A stretch of DNA of 64,000 bases, from contig NC_087437.1 in the NCBI RefSeq assembly GCF_036321535.1, forward strand, positions 97,094,001-97,158,000, given 5' to 3'. Under the pieces are notes generated by a model. It was not told the origin of the DNA and searched no databases. It saw nothing but the letters and a program-made list of their open reading frames with translations. Positions 38,450 to 51,555 of the stretch are shown here, piece by piece; the first letter of the stretch is position 1; every line of letters begins with the position of its first letter. Source of the DNA: Camelus dromedarius (taxonomy: Eukaryota). The position numbers were made by a program, and so were the translations under genes.

Positions 38450-38620
38450 GGGCATGAGAATTAAACGTCTTATAATCTGACTTCTAACCCTAGGTGTACT
38501 AATGCTTCTGTAACCTTGATATTCACATTTAAAGTCCTGTCTCCATTTTCTCATGTGTGAAACCAAAGGGCTGGACTTGATCATCTTGTAGGTTTGTCCT
38601 AACACCAACATTTTATGGGT
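38450..38620 (+). mobile_element. MIR3-like SINE fragment
   Basis: CTCCATTTTCTCATGTGTGAAACCAAAGGGCTGGACTTGATCATCTTGTAGG...CAACATTTTATG. Confidence 0.55.
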
Positions 38621-39524
38621 CTATAAGGAAACTCAGCTAATCAAAACTTTGCTTAAAAAAAAAAAAACAAAAACCACAATGATTTGTCACCTGCTTTTAG
38701 ATTCCCCCACTATCTACTGGATAGAATAAGAATAAGATCAATTTGATACAGCCCCTTCAGCCCAAGGGTGCTGTAACTAATGGCACTGTCTATTCCTGCT
38801 TTCTAAATGGAAGCTCACTATATATATTTTTTCCGTGGTAAAGTGTCTACTTTATGAGCATAATAAATAGCAATTGCCCTTTAATGGCAACTTTAGCTGT
38901 GACCATTATGGCACAATTTAAGTGCTTAAAAACACTAATGGGAGTGATACAATGTTAATTATACTAAGGATATGAAGGCTGTACACAAGAACTCTTGCAA
39001 AATTAAGCAAAGCCCTAGCTAATTCTAATTACAGTCTGTCTGAAAGAGATAAGAGAAATTAAGCACCTCTCTTTTTTTAAATGCATTTCTAATATAACAG
39101 CACTATTTGCCCACATTGGTTGAGAAAACATTGTAAGTAAGTGACTAAAAAAAGTGGGATTCTGAAATAAATTATATTTTTCAGTTTAAAAGAGAAAGGG
39201 AAAAAATAGGAATTACTTACATAGAAAAGTATCTTTACTTGAAACAATGCTTACTTTCTCACTTTCTTGCATTTAAGCCTAAGGTGAACTACTTTTAAAG
39301 TGCTCATTCATTAACTTGTCAGGCTCAAATTTACATTATGGGAATTTTAAAAACATGTTTTATGAACTATTTTAAGGAAATATATTTGAAAAATGAAACC
39401 ATGAAGACTCTCTTCGACCATATCATCTATGGAAAAATTAACTTTTTTTTTTAAAGCAATGGTCATTTCAAGTATTTTTTTCCCCCAAAATATCTATCTA
39501 TCTCTTTCTTTTTTTCTTTTTCTT

Positions 39525-39640
39525 CCCATTCATTTGTTGAATGCCTTCTCTGTGTTAGTACTGGGCATGCAAAAATGGGTAAAATAATCTTGCTGCCCTT
39601 AAGTGGTTTGTAGTCTAGCAGAGAAAGACAGATTTTTAAA
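39525..39640 (-). mobile_element. L2 3' end
   Basis: CATTCATTTGTTGAATGCCTTCTCTGTGTTAGTACTGGG...CTGCCCTTAAGTGGTTTGTAGTCTAG. Confidence 0.65.
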
Positions 39641-41094
39641 AATAAAACAATTGTACACATTGATATTGGTTATTGGACAAATATTTTTCTCTCATTGTCT
39701 TCCAGCCTTGTTTATTCTTCAAAATCTCTTGCTTTCCTCTTTATAAACTGATTTACATGAATCCTTAATAATTGAATTGTTGTGGAGTAGCAGAAATCAA
39801 CTTATTGATCTATCCAATTTTACTAATTTGTTAGAAATAAGAAGCTCATAGGTTTTCAAGAAAACCTCTGCTGGAAAGCCAGGCTCATTTCAGAGTGCTA
39901 CCATTTTAAAACTGACACAAATGACATCTCATAAATAATGAAAACAATTGGGTGACAGCCTACAATTTTCAATACACATTATTTAAACGGATCATAAACC
40001 AAGTAAACTAGCATGAGGATAAGAAAAATCCACTCATTTTAGATAAATGATAGTCTTAACTGATTGAAATCATTGAGTTCCATGGAAAAGTGTCCCACAA
40101 TCTCAAATTATAGGTATTTGTAGGTTAACCCAAATAGTTATGGCAAGAATCTAGGTACTTAAAAATTGTCATCCTCACCTCAAATCATTTATTACCTATA
40201 ACAGACTTTCTAATTTGTCCATATATCTAGTTTCAAGTGACCCACAGGGCATTTGTCAAATTCCTGTCTTGGAAGCTTATTTGTCATTTCAGCAACACTA
40301 CTTTTAAAGCCTTAGGATAATTTCCATGACATTTAATCTGTGTCCCCGTTGAAAAATAATTGGATAGCTACTCCTAAGTATATGTTTCCAAGAACTGGGC
40401 ACTTTGCACACCTTGTTTTTCTAATATAGGTAGATCCTCACTCTCTTCTGCTGCCAAGTCAAGCTAAACACAAAGCGTTTATTTGGAAATCCAAAGCTTC
40501 CATTGTCACTCCTTAGGATCATTTTCTGAAATTTATTCTTATTGTTTATCTTTTAAAAATTAAGATCTATTAGTAAGAACTGGATATAATTTTTCATTCT
40601 CTTCACATTTTTCTGAGATTTTTCTCTGTCATGTGAAAATACAGACACACACACACACACACAGAGTGAATTCACTAACAATTTTTTCCCCATTTTCATT
40701 CACAGGCATGGAGTCAATATTTTTCAGATTGTTCTTTCCTGATAGACAACTCTGCTCCTGATTCTATTTCTTTTGCTATTTGCCTGTTTTTTCCCCCACA
40801 CTAAATGTAATGATTGTAATCACCCATCTTATATTTTAAACCTCTTCACTAAAAACTAAAGCATTTTCTATTTAGCATTGCCAGTATTTCTCACTAAGGT
40901 TATTTAGCCTTCTATTAGATGGTTACTCTGTAGAAGCATTCTTCCCTTCACCAGAAAAAAAAAATTAAAATTAACAACTTAGTGAAAGCATCAAAGATAG
41001 ACAAGTGAGATGAGCAGAGAATATGGAAGCCACACAGGAATGCACAGTGTGCTGGAGAGTTGAGAAACCATGGTGATGGATGTCATCGTGATGA

Positions 41095-41260
41095 TGGCAG
41101 TGCTAGATCACAGAAACCTGGGAAGTGGCCCTGGAGATGGTAGCTGGCTGATACAAACTCTCTATGTGACCCTGGGGCAGCCACTGGATTTCTCTAGCAC
41201 TGTTTCCTCATGTCTAAAATGAAGACTGCAGTACTCTTCGGGGATATTCTGAGAAGAAAC
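41095..41260 (+). mobile_element. MIR SINE fragment
   Basis: CTATGTGACCCTGGGGCAGCCACT...TGTTTCCTCATGTCTAAAATGAAGA. Confidence 0.6.
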
Positions 41261-41635
41261 AAAGGAAAAAGGTAGAAAATATACAGAGTATTTAATTATC
41301 AAAAGATCAGAAAAAAAAAGATAAAACTGAAGATAAAATTAGAAAAGTGACTTAAAAGCTTGGACTTTATTCTATAAGCAATTGGTAGTCATCAAAAATT
41401 ACTTATAAAAATAAAATTATTTATCATTTAGTCTTCTCCTTTGTTAGTTAGGAATATCACGTGTGCACACACACACACACTAACCAGGATGCAATTATGG
41501 TAAAATTAGCATATTATTATCTGCCAAAGTCTGTGGAGGCTAGAGAAATATAGGGTGCTTGGACTTGGTCCTCTATAAAATAAAGGGAAACCAAAATATT
41601 CCACTGGGAATACTAGCTGTAGTCTAGATCTAGAA

Positions 41636-41712
41636 TAAATAGATGGTAGATATAGATAGATGGATAAACAGAGAGAGATGGATGGATAGATAGATAGATA
41701 GATAGATAGATA
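41636..41712. repeat. (GATA/GATG)n microsatellite
   Basis: Imperfect run ending in GATAGATAGATAGATAGATAGATAGATA. Confidence 0.9.
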
Positions 41713-42954
41713 ATTACATAAGAGAAAGCAAGACAGAACCAAACAATCTAGGATTTGGCCCGTTAGATTTACTCCATCTTCTGAGAGAGGAAAGTAATAG
41801 GCATCTGGCTTCTAGTGTTTATTAGAAACTATTCAATTTAGTTTGAATCAGGATAAAAATAAGAGATAGAGATTCTTGACAAGAGAAGGACATCACTTGA
41901 GAATCACTTCCTGCAGCTCACTAGTTCTACTTATGCTAATAAGTCGTATAGTGAGTGTAGCTCAAGCGGATGAATCGCCCCAGCTAAACGGAGACAGGAC
42001 ATTCACTAGAATCTTAGTTCAATATTCCATGAACGGAAGTTCTTTGTCTAAACGTGTAGTTTCTTTTGGGTTGTTGATATTAGAGTGACTTTTTGTTATT
42101 CCCAAAACTTAATATGCTGCATAAAATCCCCATACTTTTAGAACTCTTTTATAAATAAACAAAAAATAACTTACCTGAGTAGATAATTAAACTTGAAATT
42201 TCGCTTTTCAAATTAACTTAAATTTATAGCCTTGATTCTCCTTTCTGGTCAGATATATTTTATTACATAAAATAGAAACAGAGTGACAGACACATGGGCC
42301 AACAGTTGGGTTAGAAAACAAGCAGTGGTGTGAATAATGCCCTAAATTGAGTAATTACAAGGAAAATTCCATTTTGCTCTTGAATACACAAAATGAGCTG
42401 AAGGGGGTAGATTTGCTTCTATAATTGCTCTGTGTTGTACTTGGGCCAACAATGAAATGATTTTACGTAACCTGGGCACACACGCACACCAACTGTTGGA
42501 GGTGAGGAGGGACCTATAAAGGTCCTGAATACAGAGGGAAAAAACTTTTTTAATATATAATTCACCGTGTAAAATGCTATTCTTAGAGCTGTGTCTGCAG
42601 TATGACAAAACTGGCTATTTTCTACAATTCAGATGAGAAATTAAAGAAAATTAAAAAAAAAAAGGAAATCAAGTTGACATTTTTTAATGCTGAATTGATT
42701 CCTTCAGTCAAAACAGCTAATTTCAAGGCCACAGATACAGACATCGTAAAGTAAGAGCAAATTCTATTGCCAAGTGACTTATAAACAATGATCATTTTTC
42801 CTACCCTATAAATAAAAATTTAAGAATGAGTTTTACCATATTTATAATAGCTCCATATAAATTGATGCAAATGCAGAAAGATGGGATATTTTTAAAGGTC
42901 AATATCAAAGGAGAAGTTCAGACAAAGAAGGCAAAGGAAAAAGAAAATACATAC

Positions 42955-43165
42955 ATTATGCTAACATCTCTCCAGCATTTATCATGTGCTGAGTATAGTG
43001 CTTATTTATAGACACTCAAAACAGTGCCCCAATTTAGGTATTATTATTGCTATTTTTTCCATTGAGGAAGTTGAGACTCAAAGAATTGGACATATTTATC
43101 TTAAGATACAGGATTGACAAGGAAAGTCTTTCTCATTTGGACTCAGACATACATGCTTTGAAAAT
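42955..43165 (-). mobile_element. MIR SINE
   Basis: TAGGTATTATTATTGCTATTTTTTCCATTGAGGAAGTTGAGACTCAAAGAA. Confidence 0.6.
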
Positions 43166-44399
43166 TTGCTTCCCCCATTCTTGTCTGTAAAAAAAAATGA
43201 AAGAAAAGGACAGAATCTATTTTTTTCTCTAGTGTAGTAGGGAACTCCCCTTATCTAAGACAGCAGATCTGAAAGGTTGCATTCTGAACCCTAAAGCTAA
43301 AAATCAGAATGACTCTTCTTCAAATTTAATAGAGTTTATTTATTTATTTTAAAAGACGTGGGCTGCTAGCATCTTGTAATGCAGAATTCTCTTGGGGTTG
43401 CTTGATTTATGTGCATTTTAATTGAAAGAAGTAGGAGTTGAGGGGAATTAGAGTCTCTACGTTCCCACGGCCTGGACTAACATCTAGGTCACATTATCAG
43501 TCTGGTCCTGGGTTTCCTCCAGAGAAAAAGGAGAAGTTGGATTGGATAACTTTTAAGATTTTTTTTCCAGTTATAAAACTCAGTAAACGTGTACATCCTG
43601 ATTCTCATCCAGCATTCTTTATACTATTTCAACCCATTTAGCATTATATTAACATAAATTTTTCTGATGTGCTGGCAATCAGTGATCCAGTTCACTGAGA
43701 ACAGATCAGAACAAATATGTAATAGAGAAAGAGAAGCGACCTCCTCTATTGTCACCTGATGTGGAGAGGGGCTACAGACGTATTTATGTTGTGATTATGA
43801 AAGATAAAGGATCCCTGTTTGAACTCGCCCTCCGAGTCTGTTACACTTATAGGCTGACCTACTTATTTTAGGGATATAAGTTTCTTGATTCTCTCTCCTC
43901 CACTCAAATTGCAATGATCTTGTCAATAACACTGCGGAAAGAGGAAGACTGATCCAGATCAAAGCTACCAAACTCTAAGCCAGAAACTCTAAGGGGGAAC
44001 CAAAGTCTTAGTGGAAACACATACTTTACAACTTGCTTCCTTTTTCCTCTCTATTTCTGTTTCTCTCTTATAGAGAACTTCTAACAAGGGGAAAAAGTCC
44101 ATGTTTGTCATTTTTGGCTGTTTCTGATACCATAACAGGCAAATCCCCTGGTACATGAACCAAAGTGAGAAAGGTAAAATCTGGGACATTTGGAATTTTA
44201 ATATGGGCTAAAATGGCAGTTGTTTCCTGCAAGATGTCAAGCTAGTCTATTAAACTTATCCCCGAGTGTTGGGTATTTATCCTTTGTATTTGTGCTTTGA
44301 AGCTGTAGCCAGGGGATTTAGGAAGGTTTGATTTCTACATTTTAATTCATTCTTGAAACCATCAGGCCATTCTTTATACCTGTGCAAATGATTTTAGAT

Positions 44400-44621
44400 G
44401 AGGAGTCAGCAAACTTTTTCTATGAAAGGCCAAATGGGAAATATTTTCTTTCTTTGTAGGTTATGCTGTCTCTGTGGCAACTACTTAAGTCAGCTGTGTA
44501 GTGTGAAAGCATTCATAAAGGATACGTAAACAAAGGGCATGGCTGTGTTCCAATAAACCTTTACTTATCAAAAACAGGCCAAAGGTCAGGTTTGGCAATG
44601 GGCTGGTGTTTAATGACCCTG
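44400..44621 (+). mobile_element. MER58A hAT-Charlie DNA transposon, full length
   Basis: GGAGTCAGCAAACTTTTTCTATGAAAGGCC...CATGGCTGTGTTCCAATAAACCTTTA...GACCCTG. 8-bp flanks TTTTAGAT/ATCTAGTT fit the Charlie NTCTAGAN target. Confidence 0.9.
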
Positions 44622-44769
44622 ATCTAGTTCCTTGGGTATCTGACCATCTATTCACATCATATCTTCAAGCATTAAACCATTGTTATATGTTGAACATAAA
44701 TAGATATACAATGAGGGTTTGGAAACACATTACTTCTGTCTGCCTTGTTCTTTTCTTGATTTACAGTGA

Positions 44770-45070
44770 AATCCTACTCAACTTTCTGAGTCCAGATCAA
44801 ATTTCACCTCCTCTGGGGAAGTTTTTCAATACCTTCCCCTGTCCACTCTCTATTTACAAGGCATTTACTCCTTCTTTGTATAGCTCTTGCTTCTTAAAAA
44901 ACATTTCACATTGTGTAATATGATGAGATTGTATCTCTTTCTCTTTAACCAAATTACAGATTTTTGAGAGAAAGATAAACAGTAATTCATCTTTGATCCC
45001 TATGGCCAAGGATTGGTTTTAGCTCGTAATTAAGTATTTGGTATGTGCTTGTTCAGTAGCTTGTTCAACC
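44770..45070 (+). mobile_element. L2 3' fragment
   Basis: CAGATCAAATTTCACCTCCTCTGGGGAAGTTTTTC...TTCATCTTTGATCCC. Confidence 0.55.
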
Positions 45071-45269
45071 ACGTGCATTAAGGGATTTTAAGTTTGTTTT
45101 TGTTTTCTACTTTGTAAGAGAATTTGACCGTTTTGAATTCAAAGAGAACATAATGACATAAATATTATTTGCTTGTTTATTAAAAAATAACATTTAGATA
45201 AGATGTGAACTGATATCATAGCCATAGAATATATTTTCTTTTTTAACAAATAGGAAATTGGAAGATGTC

Positions 45270-45658
45270 AAACCATCACATGATGACAGATAAAAGAGCA
45301 TAGTTCCCAGCTCGCCTTGCAGCTAAGTCCTGCCATGTGACTAATTTCTGGCCAGTAATATATGAATGAAAACTGTTGTGTGGAACTTCTGGGGAACTTC
45401 TTAAAGAGACCTGACCCAGCTGTGAGGAGCACGTCTCTTGATTTCCTATCTTCCTCTCTCTCTCTCTCTTTTTGAAATGCAGAAATCCTGAGTCCCAAGT
45501 AGGTATCTGAGAACAGAAATAAAGTACCTGGGTCCTTGGTGACATGTTGGTGCTTCTGTTCCTCTTGTCAACTGCCTTCCTCCAAAGTTATTTTATGTAC
45601 CACTGTTACTTATGGACTCTATTACAGAAGCCTATCAGATAATATCTCACTAATACAG
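45270..45658 (+). mobile_element. Old MaLR LTR (MLT1J/K-like)
   Basis: TTCCCAGCTCGCCTTGCAGCTAAG...CCATGTGACTAATTTCTGGCCA...CCTGGGTCCTTGGTGACAT...CTAATACA terminus. Confidence 0.7.
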
Positions 45659-46299
45659 CACTATTCCATACTCCATTTAACAGTAAGTGATTCCAACATA
45701 TACTAAACTTCATGCCAATGTTTCTTTTCCAAATATAAAAACAAAGAGGACCTCTCCCCCCGTGACTGGTAAAGAACATAAGATTTAAAAGGAGAGACTT
45801 CCCCTTGCAATAATAAAAAAGAGAAATTTCAGGACTTTGCAAAATGACAGTCACAAGTTTTTAAATAAAATACAATATTAAAGATTATCTTAATCTAAAA
45901 TGAGATATAAAATGTTAACATAGTCCTTTACCATCTCTCTCATAAAACCACTTCCCATTTCAGGCAAAAATTTAGGGTATTTGCCACGGCAGGAGAGCAA
46001 CAGACATGTAGATTGTATAAAAGCACTTTGGCTTAAGCCTCTATGACTCTTGGCTCCATATTTGGCAAGATATGTGATCATTGGTGCTTTTGTGCCTCAA
46101 AGGGAAGGATGACCATGATGAGGGGATAGGGGTACCCACTTTGGAGAGCAGCGTAGATAAGTGATTTTAAAAGTTAAACATAATCTCATGAAAAAACAAC
46201 AATCCTATATTTCTAATCTATGTTTCTTTAACTGTATAAAAAACTCACTGTCCCTTTAAAGCAACATTCCCTTTTAAAGTAAGAAGAGAAAACCTGAGC

Positions 46300-46556
46300 T
46301 TGACTTGGAAATTAAGCAATACACCAGCTGCCTAATTACTTGCAGGCACTTGCAGACCATTCCAGAATATCATTCTCTCTGGGAAACTCTCCTTCTAACA
46401 ACATTTATATTTCTCATGAATACTGTTTTTAGGTCCCAATACTTGTCAAATTGCAGAAAATTGAGTCTCAGTTCCATCCCTAAAATAAAGGGAATGGAAA
46501 ATATGATCTCTCAGGTCTTTCCAAGTTATAATTTTCTACGATTTTTATGATTCTCT
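46300..46556 (+). mobile_element. MIR3-like SINE fragments
   Basis: GAGTCTCAGTTCCATCCCTAAAATAAAGGGAATGG...ATGATCTCTCAGGTCTTTCCAAGTTATAATTTTCTACGATTTTTATGATTCT. Confidence 0.6.
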
Positions 46557-47844
46557 GGAGATTCATTCACTAGAAATTGTTGAGAGAGAAGATGAAAGAA
46601 GAAAGAATAGTGCAGGAGAGAATGCTGGTATATTTTTAAAGTGGTATGAGAGCCAAGTTCTCAGTCTACTGACACATTGAGAAAAATCTTACAATACATC
46701 ATATCACTTTATTGTTACTGGCTCTCCAACAATGAAAGGAGATCTGCAACTGAATATGATGAGAATATGTGTTGGGTCACATTTTGAACTTCAGACTCAC
46801 TGATACAATTTTTGTGGGTGTTTCTGAAAGCCGTGGGAAGGCCATAAAAGGGAGACTGCTCACTCTCTGCACCTAGGTGGATTCATTTTGGTCTGAGCAA
46901 TGATAGGTGTGGGCTCGGAGGTGGGGGAGGAGAAGGACACTGGGGGCATCTGGTAGACACAGGACCGCCTCCTCACGGCTCTGTGTGCTGACGGAGTCCC
47001 CAGTTATCTATTCCTACCACAAAGCACACATTCATTAACTCCAATCAACGTTGTTAAGTAGCCATTTCTCACTGTATATAAATTGCACAGAATAAAATTC
47101 TGACGCTTAGGTGTGTAAACTTGTTAAAGTTTCAAACATATTGCGGGGCAAACTCCAAATAAACCGACATCTGTTAGGTGCCTGCATCTACCATTTCATC
47201 ATGAACAGCGTTGTGTATTTTTGACTTTTCACTTTCTTCAATGCCTTGTGGCTCTCAGTACTGCACACCGACGGTCGATATAAAACCTGTAAATGAATCT
47301 GAGAGGAAACTGGACATAAATGAATAATCAAGAAACTGCACGTGTTCCTTTGAGGACATTTTACTTTTTCTCTAAGTGACAGTTGGAACAAATTGTGTTC
47401 ATTGCAAAAGAGAAGGGAATGAATGTTTGACAGAAAGCAGTTACCTACTCATTTGTTAACTCTTTGTAGAGTTCAAGCATGTTAAAGAAAAACTTTGTTT
47501 CTTATTCACTGTATTCCTAACACATAACACACTGTCTGACACAGAAAAGATACGAAATAAGTATTTTTAGCAGTTGTTAAGTAAAGGAGCAAAGAAGCTT
47601 AGGTTTTACATGTAAATACACACAACAGAGAGCAAAAACAATGTGCACATATCTGGTTGGATAAGTCTAAAATTCCCAGGATCCAGCTTTGTTTTGAATA
47701 AGAAATTTCCCTTACGACATGCTTTGTTCACGGCTGTAACCCTAGCATTTAGAATAAGGGTTAACACACAGTAGGCACTGAATACTTAAGGAATTCAAAC
47801 ACAAGTATTTGTGACAGATATTTACCTCGACCTTGCTAGAATTA

Positions 47845-48010
47845 TTTTTGTGATGGGGAGGGAGCTCACAGCTTCAGGAAGTGTGCATTTCACTGCTGGA
47901 GAGCGGCAGTTGTTGGGAAGTGCTGCCTCCTATATTAGTCCGCATGTTTCTTCTGCTTTTCACTCACTGCTCTTAATTCTCCCTTCAGGTGCTATATGAA
48001 CATGCTGCCA
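47845..48010 (-). mobile_element. L3/CR1 fragment
   Basis: GTGATGGGGAGGGAGCTCACAGCTTCAGGAAG...GTTGTTGGGAAGTGCTGCCTCCTATATT...CTCTTAATTCTCCCTTCAGG. Confidence 0.55.
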
Positions 48011-48194
48011 TCTGCTAGTGAATAAGGATGAGCTTTTTCCTCAGTGAATGTTTGGCCAAGGATGTTCTTTTGCTGGGAGGGCCGAGACTGCATATTAGTA
48101 TCTATTCAGGATCCATAAACAGTTATCATCTGTAGTCAAGCTGCCATGTTGGAGTGCAGCCAGAACCAGGTCTGGTGTCCACTGAATCTCTGCC

Positions 48195-48229
48195 TCTCTC
48201 TCTCTCTCTCTCTCACTCTCTCTCTCTCT
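48195..48229. repeat. (CT)n microsatellite
   Basis: TCTCTCTCTCTCTCTCTCTCACTCTCTCTCTCTCT. Confidence 0.9.
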
Positions 48230-49109
48230 TTGTGGCTCCACTGTGTCAGGGGTGGGTAGAATTTTTCTGCAAACCTTTGAAACAAAAGAGTATGATTGAA
48301 TCTCATTTCCCAGAGAGCTCTCCATCACTGAAAGTCAGATGTTCTAACACAAGGAGTTCTAAGAAGACATCACTTTGGTCCACCTCCTCTTTTTTTGAGA
48401 AAACCTACCCTTAATCTACAAAGGCAATTTTCCTCCTGAGGCTAACAAAGGTGACTTTCTGACACCAATCTCATTAGAGACAGAAATAAAACAAAACAAA
48501 AACCCAATTCACCATGTGGACTTTGTATATGACTTCAGTATGGGCCTTAATAGGAAAACTACAGCTTGTTTATATTCACATCTCCTTATACCCATTCTAT
48601 TAGAAAAGGGTCATTTTTCTCCACGGGTGAAGAATCCAAACAAGACCAAGGTGACTGGGGTTAGAAATCTGCCACCAATTTACTAAGTTAGTAAAATCAG
48701 AGCAATGTAATTAGCAGGAATTCATAAAGAGGTTCCTGTCAACAACACAATTCAGAACAAAAAAAAAGTATTGACATGTTTAGTTTCTAATAAGTTATCA
48801 GAATATTTGAGCTTCCCAGAATGTTTAGAAGAACAATTTCCCATCAAGTTTTTTGAGCAGTGGAAGGATAGATTTGATTCACCAACTTGTTGCATAAGGA
48901 AAATATATATCAACCTAAGGGCACTCTAGGATTATCGCATTTGCACTAAAATAAACAGATTAATGATTATTTGAATATTTCTAAAGCATAGATATACCTG
49001 TTTCAGCTACCTAGCTGATGTTTCTAAAAAGAAATTCTTTAACAATTTTTTTAAATTAGTAAAGCAGACAAATTTTCATTGACACAGGAATGAGCAAGGA
49101 ATAAACAAA

Positions 49110-49320
49110 GAAACAGAATTTTGAGTAGCTCCAAATTGTTTCAGGAAATGTATTATGTATTTAATTTCTTTTTCTCTATATAACAGCTCCAAAATAGTTA
49201 TAAAGCTCTCTACTTTACAAATAAGGAAATCTCAGTTAAGGAATGCAACTTGCCGACGTTTGTGTAAATAATTAATGGTGAATTCAGGTTTGAACTTAGT
49301 TCTAATTAGTTCCCTTATAA
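49110..49320 (-). mobile_element. MIR SINE
   Basis: CTACTTTACAAATAAGGAAATCTCAG...AACTTGCC...TCAGGTTTGAACTTAG. Confidence 0.55.
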
Positions 49321-49749
49321 TACGTTGCCACATTAGAGCATTTAGGCAGATATTAAAGATGATCATTTTCGGGATAATATGTTCATGGTTTTAAGAGAAT
49401 CAGAGGTAACTAAAATTAACAATGACAAATTTGTGTGTAAGCATATGTGCCTTTGATAAACTGAAATCTACACAGTACTTTAAACGTGTAGGAATTTGGG
49501 CTTTCTACCATGACTTCTATTTCTGATGTCATCCTTTACTCTAGGTAAGTGAAACCTAGACACATACATGAAGAAAAATACATCCCAGGGAGTGTCTACT
49601 ACATAGCAGTTTGTAAATTGTTCTTTCTGGAATGTTGTATGCTACTGAAGAATTGAAACATGTATGTGGCCACAACTTTGAATTCCTCCTAAAGAGAAAG
49701 ATTAGAGAGGTTCCTTTCTAGCACTAAGGAGGGCTCTGGAGAAGGATAA

Positions 49750-49985
49750 TAAAGTGACACATTCTAGACCCAGACTAGAATTCTGTTTCTTCCACATACT
49801 AGGTATATGACCTTGGTGAGTAAACATACTAAGTAACAGTTTCTCCTTTTGTAAAATATGGATAATAATAGTATATCATAGGGTAATTGTAGGGATTACA
49901 CAAACTAATGTATGCAAAACACTTAAAATAGTACCTGGCTGTATTAAACACTATTTAAGTGTTAGTTGCTATTATTACTATTATG
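49750..49985 (+). mobile_element. MIR SINE
   Basis: TATATGACCTTGGTGAGT...CAGTTTCTCCTTTTGTAAAATATGGATAATAATAGTA...AAACACTTAAAATAGTACCTGGC...GTTAGTTGCTATTATTA. Confidence 0.85.
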
Positions 49986-50949
49986 TTCCTTTATGGCTGG
50001 ATGCAAAGAAGATTCCATTCTAATAAAATGAGACATTCTCTGCAAAGGGAACTTCTGTCTCTCAGTTCCTGCAAGTATTAACTTTAACATTTTCTGTCTC
50101 CAAACACTAGACTCTTCTTTGAACATCAAGTAACATTTATTTCACTAATAATTTTTATAAAGAACTCATATAAGCTTATTTTCAGTACAGCTTCAAGAGT
50201 TATGTGGCTAGGTAATATTTTAAACTTACAAAATCTTATCCAGTTTTACAAATAAACTCACAAGGATTGTGTTATTTGTATTTAGATTTTCCAAACATCT
50301 AAAATGTATTATCTTCAAGGAACTTAAAACTGGACTCTGTTTCCATGAAATAATTATTTCTTCTAATGTAAAACACTTAAGTCTACTTACACACTTTATA
50401 CAATTTTTATTTATGTTGACTTATAATTATTTGTTAATTTATTAAATAAAATTCATGTAAACACATAATCTAAGATTTAGTCCAAAGAAAACAATCTACA
50501 CTATTAAATTATTTGTTAAAAATTAATATTAATATTTCTGTGACCTCAAAGACTCAAATTAGAAATTCATATTCCTTACAAAAAAGTTAGCAAACCTTAA
50601 TATCATGACTTTTCTTAGAGTGTTTCTGACTAATATTACCAAACATTAAAATAGATCATCCAATTCCTTATTTTTAGGTCACATCATAAATTACCAACAC
50701 ATTCAGTTTTACATCAACTCCTCATTCAATCATTCATTCATTCACTTTTTTATTAATCACTGATCAAACCTTCTCAAACAAGAATGTGTGCTCCAAATTT
50801 TCAAGCTTTCTGTAGAACAAATAACATGTTCTCAGATAGCCAGTATATTTTAATTTAGGGGTTTGTAAAATAATATCATAAATACCATCTTATCTGATAA
50901 AATTAGGGTAAGAAAATGCATAAAATAACTGTAAATTAAGAACATTTTA

Positions 50950-51340
50950 TTAAATGCCCTAATGGAGCTTCAAAGTATGATGGGGATAGTGATAGAAAAA
51001 AAATTCAATAAGGAGGACTGAGGAAGGCTTCATGAAGAAAAACTGCATTTAGGTTTATCTTTGAATGGCAGAAGAAACAGCCCATATTAAGAATCAAAGG
51101 CAGGTAAGTACAAGATGTATTGAAGAATGATGTGATGTAGTGCAGCTGGGACATAGAGGCCACTTGGGCACAGCACAATGAGACTAGAAAATTAGAAATA
51201 AGTCAGACTGGGAAGGGCCTGTGTGCCATGTTGAAGAATAGAGTTGCCCTTTGGTAAGGAAAAGGAAGTCAGCAAGGGCTGCCAAGACCCTTTGGCAAAG
51301 TTCAAGTTTTAGCAAGATGACAGTCATAGTTGTGAAGAGT
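50950..51340 (-). mobile_element. L2 fragment
   Basis: GAGGAAGGCTTCATGAAGAA...CAGACTGGGAAGGGCCTGTGTGCCATGTTGAAGA. Confidence 0.6.
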
Positions 51341-51555
51341 AGATGTGCTCACACGCCCACGAGTCAGTATCTCCATCCAGTCTATTACCCCTTCTCTATC
51401 AGTGCTTTTCAAAATGAAATTTCTGTTTCTGTAATTTATTGTAACAGCCCCCACAGGTTACCTACAAATGTCCAGGTATATAAAGTGTAAATATTCATTT
51501 ACATCCATTGGGCAGAAGACTGCATTTTCTGATCTTTTTTTTATGGATGACATAC

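Noticed and set aside
41945..42060. tRNA/SINE-like start (GTGTAGCTCAAGCGG) in a small CpG-enriched patch
   Set aside because: No B box, cloverleaf or A-tail follows, and the match is too short.
46850..47000. CpG island or promoter
   Set aside because: The GC-rich patch is short and has few CpGs; no region in the window looks like a CpG island.
47188..47290. Minus-strand terminal coding exon (TTTACAG|GTTTTATATCGACC..., VLYRPSVCSTESHK...W*)
   Set aside because: The acceptor is only moderate, the peptide is unrecognisable, and I found no partner exons.
48003..48020. CTCF-like motif TGCCATCTGCTAG
   Set aside because: It mismatches at a normally conserved position and sits at the edge of an L3 relic.
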